NCBI GenBank assembly: GCA_002877985.1 | Contig: PNIK01000015.1 | Span: forward strand, 1 to 43,221 | From: Thermodesulfobacterium geofontis | GTDB lineage: Bacteria; Desulfobacterota; Thermodesulfobacteria; Thermodesulfobacteriales; Thermodesulfobacteriaceae | Reading direction: 5' to 3' | Length of the DNA stretch: 43,221 nt | Shown here: positions 38,579-43,221 of the stretch, in pieces | Numbering within the stretch: the first letter of the stretch is position 1 | How the letters are laid out: each line of letters starts with the position of its first letter | The notes under the pieces: generated by a model | What the model saw: only the letters and a program-made list of their open reading frames with translations | The model's database searches: none | What the model was told of the DNA's origin: nothing | Position numbers and translations under genes: made by a program

Positions 38579-39073
38579 TTACTTTTTGTAATGTTTTCTC
38601 CACCATTTTTTAAAAAGTTGTCTTTTTATATGAGAAAGCCTATCTATAAAAAGAATCCCATCCAGATGATCATATTCGTGCTGAAAAACTATAGCAGAAA
38701 TCCCTTCTAATTCCTTTTCAATAAGAGTTTCATTTATATCATAAGCTTTAACATAAATCTTAGCATATCTCTTTACTGGAGCAAAGTATCCTGGAATGCT
38801 TAAACATCCTTCCTCATAAAGCATTTCTCCCTCCGCAGAAACTATTTCAGGATTTATGTAAACTTCTAATTTGTTCTTTCCTTCTCTTTGAGAAACATCC
38901 ATTATAAAAAATCTTTTTAAAATACCTACTTGATTTGCAGCAAGACCAATACCCTTAGCTTTATACATGGTTTCAGCCATTTTATCTATGGTTTCTTTTA
39001 GCTTTCCATTTATATTTTCTACTGGCTTTGCCCTCTCCCTAAGTGCTGGATGCCCAAATATAAGAATTTCCAT
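38579..39073 (-). CDS. def: Peptide deformylase
   Basis: GIGLAANQVG, EGCLS, QHEYDHLDG. Confidence 0.98.
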   Translation of the reverse strand: MEILIFGHPALRERAKPVENINGKLKETIDKMAETMYKAKGIGLAANQVGILKRFFIMDVSQREGKNKLEVYINPEIVSAEGEMLYEEGCLSIPGYFAPVKRYAKIYVKAYDINETLIEKELEGISAIVFQHEYDHLDGILFIDRLSHIKRQLFKKWWRKHYKK

Positions 39074-39100
39074 TTTTTTACCCCATTTATAATTAATTTT

Positions 39101-39129
39101 ATTTTAAAACTTTTTTTAAAATTTTTCAA
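39101..39129 (-). promoter_or_regulatory. Sigma70 promoter for def
   Basis: Minus strand TTGAAA-N17-TAAAAT. Confidence 0.5.
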
Positions 39130-39137
39130 GAATATTT

Positions 39138-39887
39138 TTAGCCCCTATATAACCCACCGTTTATATGAAATACGCAACCTGTAATATAACTTGCTTTTTC
39201 ACTTGCTAAAAAGGCAGCTAAATAAGCTACCTCCTCAGGGAGTCCCGCTCTTTTTAATGGAATTTGCTGTAAAAAGGCTTCTTTTATCTTTTCCGGAAGA
39301 CCAGCTGTCATATCTGTTTCTATGTAGCCGGGGGCAATTACATTTACGGTGATATTTTTTCCTGCAACCTCCAAAGCAAGAGCTTTTGAGAAACCTATAA
39401 TTCCTGCTTTTGCTGCTGCATAATTTGTTTGCCCAGGATTTCCTGTAAAAGCAACCACTGAAGAAATATTAATAATCCTTCCCCATTTTTCCTTTAACAT
39501 CATAGGTAAAACTGCTTGGGTTACATAAAAAACTGAATATAAATTTGTTTTAATAACCCTATCCCAATCTTCTTCTTTCATCCTTAAAAATAAAGTATCT
39601 CTAACTATACCTGCATTGTTAACTAAAATATGAATATTTCCTATTTCCTTTTCAATTTCTTTTATTTTTTCTTTCACTTCCTCTGGATTTGAAACATCAA
39701 ATTTTGAAAGATAGGCTTTTCCACCGATTTTTTCTATTTTTTCAGCTAGAACCTTTGCCATATCTTCTGAACTCTTATAATTAATGATTACTGTTGCTCC
39801 TTGTTTAGCAAATTCATAAGCTATTGAACTACCAATACCTCTTGAGGCTCCTGTTATTAGTGCAATTTTTTCACTAAGTTCCCCCAT
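39138..39887 (-). CDS. fabG: 3-oxoacyl-ACP reductase
   Basis: TGASRGIG, NNAGIVRD, GNPGQTNYAAAK, PGYIETDMT. Confidence 0.95.
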   Translation of the reverse strand: MGELSEKIALITGASRGIGSSIAYEFAKQGATVIINYKSSEDMAKVLAEKIEKIGGKAYLSKFDVSNPEEVKEKIKEIEKEIGNIHILVNNAGIVRDTLFLRMKEEDWDRVIKTNLYSVFYVTQAVLPMMLKEKWGRIINISSVVAFTGNPGQTNYAAAKAGIIGFSKALALEVAGKNITVNVIAPGYIETDMTAGLPEKIKEAFLQQIPLKRAGLPEEVAYLAAFLASEKASYITGCVFHINGGLYRG

Positions 39888-39943
39888 AACTTTCCTCCTT
39901 TTAAAAAATTTGTTAAAAAATTATTTTAAATAAACTTTTTTTA

Positions 39944-39974
39944 TTGACAAAACTTTTTTGATGTGTTATTTAAT
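39944..39974 (+). promoter_or_regulatory. Sigma70-like promoter of the por operon
   Basis: TTGACA at 39944, with TG-t-TATTTAAT about 17 nt downstream; the -10 element is imperfect. Confidence 0.4.
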
Positions 39975-40010
39975 AAAAGTCTCTAATAAAAGACAAAGGG
40001 GTTTTTTCCC

Positions 40011-40571
40011 ATGGTTGAAATAAGACTTCATGGCAGAGGAGGACAAGGAGTTGTTACCTCGGCAGAACTTATTGCTGTAGCAGCTATAAAACAAGGAAGT
40101 TTTGCACAAGCCTTTCCCAGTTTCGGACCTGAAAGAAGAGGGGCACCTGTTCAAGCTTTCGCAAGAATTGATAATAAAAAAATCCGTACAAGAGAAAAAA
40201 TTTATCATCCAGATGTAATTCTTGTTCTTGATCCTACCCTCCCAAAAATTATTAAAGTGACAGATGGACTTAAAGAAACTGGTATAGCTATTTTAAATTC
40301 CCATCTTTCAGAAAATGAAGTAAGAATTTTTTTAGGTAATTACTGGGGAAAACTTGCTTTGGTTGATGCAACAAAAATTGCCATTGAAGAACTTGGTCTT
40401 CCAATTACTAATACCACTATGTTGGGAGCCTTTATAAAGGCAACAGGATTAATTGAAGTAACTTATGTAGAAGAAGCACTGAAAGAAAGATTCGGGAGGC
40501 TTGCAGAAAAAAATATTAAAGCTTTATATAGAGCATTAGAAGAGACCAAAATCTTTAATTCAGGAGTTTAA
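40011..40571 (+). CDS. porC: Pyruvate/2-oxoacid:ferredoxin oxidoreductase gamma subunit
   Basis: EIRLHGRGGQG, FGPERRGAPV, NTTMLGA. Confidence 0.93.
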   Translation: MVEIRLHGRGGQGVVTSAELIAVAAIKQGSFAQAFPSFGPERRGAPVQAFARIDNKKIRTREKIYHPDVILVLDPTLPKIIKVTDGLKETGIAILNSHLSENEVRIFLGNYWGKLALVDATKIAIEELGLPITNTTMLGAFIKATGLIEVTYVEEALKERFGRLAEKNIKALYRALEETKIFNSGV

Positions 40572-40573
40572 CT

Positions 40574-40870
40574 ATGCCAAAGGATGAGGGACTCGTCAGT
40601 TGGAAGAATCTTGCACCAGGAATGATTATTTTAGAAGCTGGTAATTCCGTTAAATTCAAAACTGGAGACTGGAGAGCTTTTAGACCGGTTCTTGACAAAG
40701 AAAAATGTATAAAATGTGGTCTATGTTATGTATTCTGTCCAGATCTCTGTTATACCAAAGATGAGGAAGGATACTATATTTGCAATCTTTATTATTGTAA
40801 GGGTTGTGGAATTTGTGCCAAAAATTGTCCCAGGCAAGCTATTACTATGGTGTTAGAGGAGGAAGTCTAA
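40574..40870 (+). CDS. porD: Oxidoreductase delta subunit (2x[4Fe-4S])
   Basis: TGDWR, CIKCGLCYVFCP, CKGCGICAKNCP. Confidence 0.95.
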   Translation: MPKDEGLVSWKNLAPGMIILEAGNSVKFKTGDWRAFRPVLDKEKCIKCGLCYVFCPDLCYTKDEEGYYICNLYYCKGCGICAKNCPRQAITMVLEEEV

Positions 40871-40871
40871 A

Positions 40872-42095
40872 ATGGGAGAAGAATTGGCAAAAAAAATCCC
40901 TATTGCTATAGTTGAACCCTTAAAAATAAAAAAGAAGATAGCAAAGGAAGTTTCAATTGCTATAGCTGAGGCAGTTGCTCAGTGCAGAGTTGATGTTATT
41001 TCAGCTTATCCCATCACTCCACAGACTCACATCGTTGAACATTTGGCAGAGCTTGTAAATAATGGCGAACTTGATGCAGAGTATATACCTGTGGAATCTG
41101 AACATGCAGCCATGAGTGCCTGTATAGGAGCTTCTGCAACAGGTGCAAGAACTTTTACTTCTACAGCTTCTCAAGGGCTTCTTTTTATGTATGAAAATCT
41201 TTTTATTGCTTCTGCTTTTAGGCTTCCAATTGTTATGGTTATTGCTAATCGTTCTGTTTCTGCTCCTATAAGTATATGGAACGATCATTCTGATGTAATG
41301 AGTATGAGGGATGCTGGATGGATAACCACTTTTGCTGAAAATGGACAAGAAGCTGTTGATCTTGTTTATCATGCCTATAGAGTTGCTGAAAAAGCTTTGC
41401 TTCCGGTTGCTGTAAATATAGATGGTTTTATTCTTTCTCATGTTATAGAACCAATTGAGTTTTTAGATCAAGAACTTGTTGACAAATATATTCCACCCCT
41501 TCGCATGAAATATAAATTAAATCCTAAAAGACCTATTACCATGGGAGCAATTGGAGTTCCAGAAATATATACAGAAGCAAAAAAAGCTCAGGATGAAGCT
41601 TTAAAAGCATCTTATAAAATAATAATAAATGCCTGGAGAGAATTTGAAAAATTAACAGGAAGAAGGTATCAGCCTGTTGAAACCTATAGAATGGAAGACG
41701 CAGAGGTTGCTCTTATTATTATGGGAAGTCTTGCTGAAACAGCTATGAATGCAGTGGATTTTTTAAGAGAAAGAGGTAAAAAGGTTGGGCTTTTAAGATT
41801 TAGGCTCTGGAGACCCTTTCCTTTGAAAGACTTTCTCAAAGCTATAGGAAAAGTAAAAGCTATAGGAGTTATTGACAGAGCGATAAGCCATGGTGCAACA
41901 GGTGGTCCAGTGGGAATTGAAGTTAGATCAGCCCTTTATCAATCCAAAAAAAGACCGAAAGTAGTTAACTTTATTGCTGGACTTTCTGGAAGGGATGTCA
42001 CAGTAGAAGATTTTGTTAAGCTATTTGAAAAAACTTATGAAGCTATGAGAAAAAAAACAAATTTTTCTTATGAAATTTATGGAGTTAAGGAGTAA
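40872..42095 (+). CDS. porA: Oxidoreductase alpha subunit
   Basis: AYPITPQT, VESEH, TASQGL, NRSVSAPISIWNDH. Confidence 0.94.
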   Translation: MGEELAKKIPIAIVEPLKIKKKIAKEVSIAIAEAVAQCRVDVISAYPITPQTHIVEHLAELVNNGELDAEYIPVESEHAAMSACIGASATGARTFTSTASQGLLFMYENLFIASAFRLPIVMVIANRSVSAPISIWNDHSDVMSMRDAGWITTFAENGQEAVDLVYHAYRVAEKALLPVAVNIDGFILSHVIEPIEFLDQELVDKYIPPLRMKYKLNPKRPITMGAIGVPEIYTEAKKAQDEALKASYKIIINAWREFEKLTGRRYQPVETYRMEDAEVALIIMGSLAETAMNAVDFLRERGKKVGLLRFRLWRPFPLKDFLKAIGKVKAIGVIDRAISHGATGGPVGIEVRSALYQSKKRPKVVNFIAGLSGRDVTVEDFVKLFEKTYEAMRKKTNFSYEIYGVKE

Positions 42096-42100
42096 GAATT

Positions 42101-43120
42101 ATGAGACCAGAATTAAAGGATTTTAAAGGGTTTAATTTAAAAAATTTACCTGAATTTGACGGATTTGCTCCTGGACATAGAGCCTGTCAAGGATGCGGAA
42201 CAGTTTTACCTCTTAAGTTAGCTCTTAAAGTGCTTGGACCAAATACCATTGCAGTATCTGCTACAGGTTGTATGGAAATTATATCAAGTCCCTTCCCATA
42301 TACTTCTTGGAGAATTCCTTGGATACATGTTGCCTTTGAAAACGCTGCTTCAGTTGCTTCAGGTATTGAAGCTGCTATTAAAGTTATGAAAAGAAAAAAT
42401 AAAATTTCTAAAAAAGAAAAAATAAATATAGTTGTTTTTGCAGGAGACGGTGCAACATTTGATATAGGACTCCAATTTCTTTCTGGAGCTTTAGAAAGAG
42501 GACATGATTTCATATACATTTGTCTTGATAATGAGGCTTATATGAATACAGGTGTTCAAAGATCTAGCGCAACTCCATTCGGAGCTCATACTACAACAAG
42601 TCCAAGTGGAAAAGTTATTAAAGGTAATATAACTTGGAAAAAAAACCTTATGGGAATTGTAATTGCTCATAATATACCCTATGCAGCAACAGCAAATCCT
42701 GCTTATCCCATTGACCTTATGAATAAGGTCAAAAAAGCTTCTTTAATCGAAGGACCCACTTTCATACATGTATTTTCTCCCTGTCCCACTGGTTGGGGAT
42801 GTAAAAGTGAAGATAGTATTTTGGTTGCTAAATTAGCTGTCGAAACAAGAGTTTTCCCACTTTATGAGGTTATTGATGGAAAATATGTTATTAATAAATT
42901 AATTGGTCATATACCTGTAGACCCTGGTTCACTTGGAAAGTATGGAAAGTATGTGTTAGAAAAAAAGGTTACTCCACAAAAACCTGTAGAAGAATATCTA
43001 AAACTCCAGAGAAGATTTAGACATTTGACACCTGAACAGATTAAAATTATCCAGAAAAGAGTAGATGAAGAATACGAAAGATTGGTAAAACTTGCCGAGT
43101 ACTTTGGAATAGAAGAATAG
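42101..43120 (+). CDS. porB: Oxidoreductase beta subunit (TPP-binding)
   Basis: GHRACQGC, TGC, GDG...DNEAYMNTG, PCPTGW. Confidence 0.94.
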   Translation: MRPELKDFKGFNLKNLPEFDGFAPGHRACQGCGTVLPLKLALKVLGPNTIAVSATGCMEIISSPFPYTSWRIPWIHVAFENAASVASGIEAAIKVMKRKNKISKKEKINIVVFAGDGATFDIGLQFLSGALERGHDFIYICLDNEAYMNTGVQRSSATPFGAHTTTSPSGKVIKGNITWKKNLMGIVIAHNIPYAATANPAYPIDLMNKVKKASLIEGPTFIHVFSPCPTGWGCKSEDSILVAKLAVETRVFPLYEVIDGKYVINKLIGHIPVDPGSLGKYGKYVLEKKVTPQKPVEEYLKLQRRFRHLTPEQIKIIQKRVDEEYERLVKLAEYFGIEE

Positions 43121-43125
43121 AATTC

Positions 43126-43155
43126 TTGACCAGTTTAAAAGTTAGGGTATATTAT
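43126..43155 (+). promoter_or_regulatory. Sigma70 promoter for the tRNA
   Basis: TTGACC followed by TATATT (16-nt spacer) or TATTAT (18-nt spacer). Confidence 0.55.
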
Positions 43156-43166
43156 AAAAATAAATT

Positions 43167-43221
43167 GCGGGCGTAGCTCAGCCTGGTAGAGCGACAGCTT
43201 GCCATGCTGTAGGTCGCGGGT
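43167..43221 (+). tRNA. tRNA-Gly(GCC), truncated by the window end
   Basis: GCGGGCG TA GCTC AGCCTGGTA GAGC; anticodon arm ACAGC-TTGCCAT-GCTGT; variable loop AGGTC; start of the T arm. Confidence 0.95.

Noticed and set aside
22075-42519. Short ORFs at 22075, 22630, 23223, 23890, 33639, 39966, 41001 and 42187
   Set aside because: They are antisense shadows of the MFS gene, csp, ppcA, nadA and the por genes.
1-43221. CRISPR array, IS elements, prophage, defence systems
   Set aside because: I found no regularly spaced direct repeats and no transposase, phage or defence-like ORFs; nearly all of the sequence is explained by housekeeping genes.

Overview
This is an AT-rich, densely coding stretch of bacterial core chromosome. 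Gene content and synteny suggest a thermophilic anaerobe of the Thermodesulfobacterium type (inference, no database search was possible). In order it holds: a partial class I aminotransferase; a Re-citrate synthase-like enzyme fused to a Cache-like domain; tolB; a flagellar cluster flgF-G-A-H-I-J-N-K-L; bamA, lolD, lolC/E, lysS, xerC and a PAS hybrid kinase; an MFS transporter; csp, DUF4911, archaeal-type ppcA; aroC; ispD, a hypothetical protein, aconitase, mltB; pyrG, PHP, nadA; a peroxiredoxin with a small wHTH gene; zapB, zapA, 6S RNA, rny, ymdB; def; fabG; a four-subunit 2-oxoacid:ferredoxin oxidoreductase operon; and a truncated tRNA-Gly(GCC). I saw no mobile element, prophage or CRISPR array, and I cannot claim a clear-cut new multi-gene system. 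The best leads are the metabolic enzyme with a fused sensor domain, an orphan protein resembling a degenerate tandem ThyX fold, and a readable flagellar regulatory hierarchy. That hierarchy comprises a FleQ-like box with a non-canonical sigma54 site, a perfect internal sigma28 promoter, and a sigma28-like promoter ahead of a Cys-motif PAS kinase coupled to xerC. Further leads are a 6S RNA overlapping zapA, probably leaderless ppcA and ispD transcripts, and a Prx-wHTH pair.
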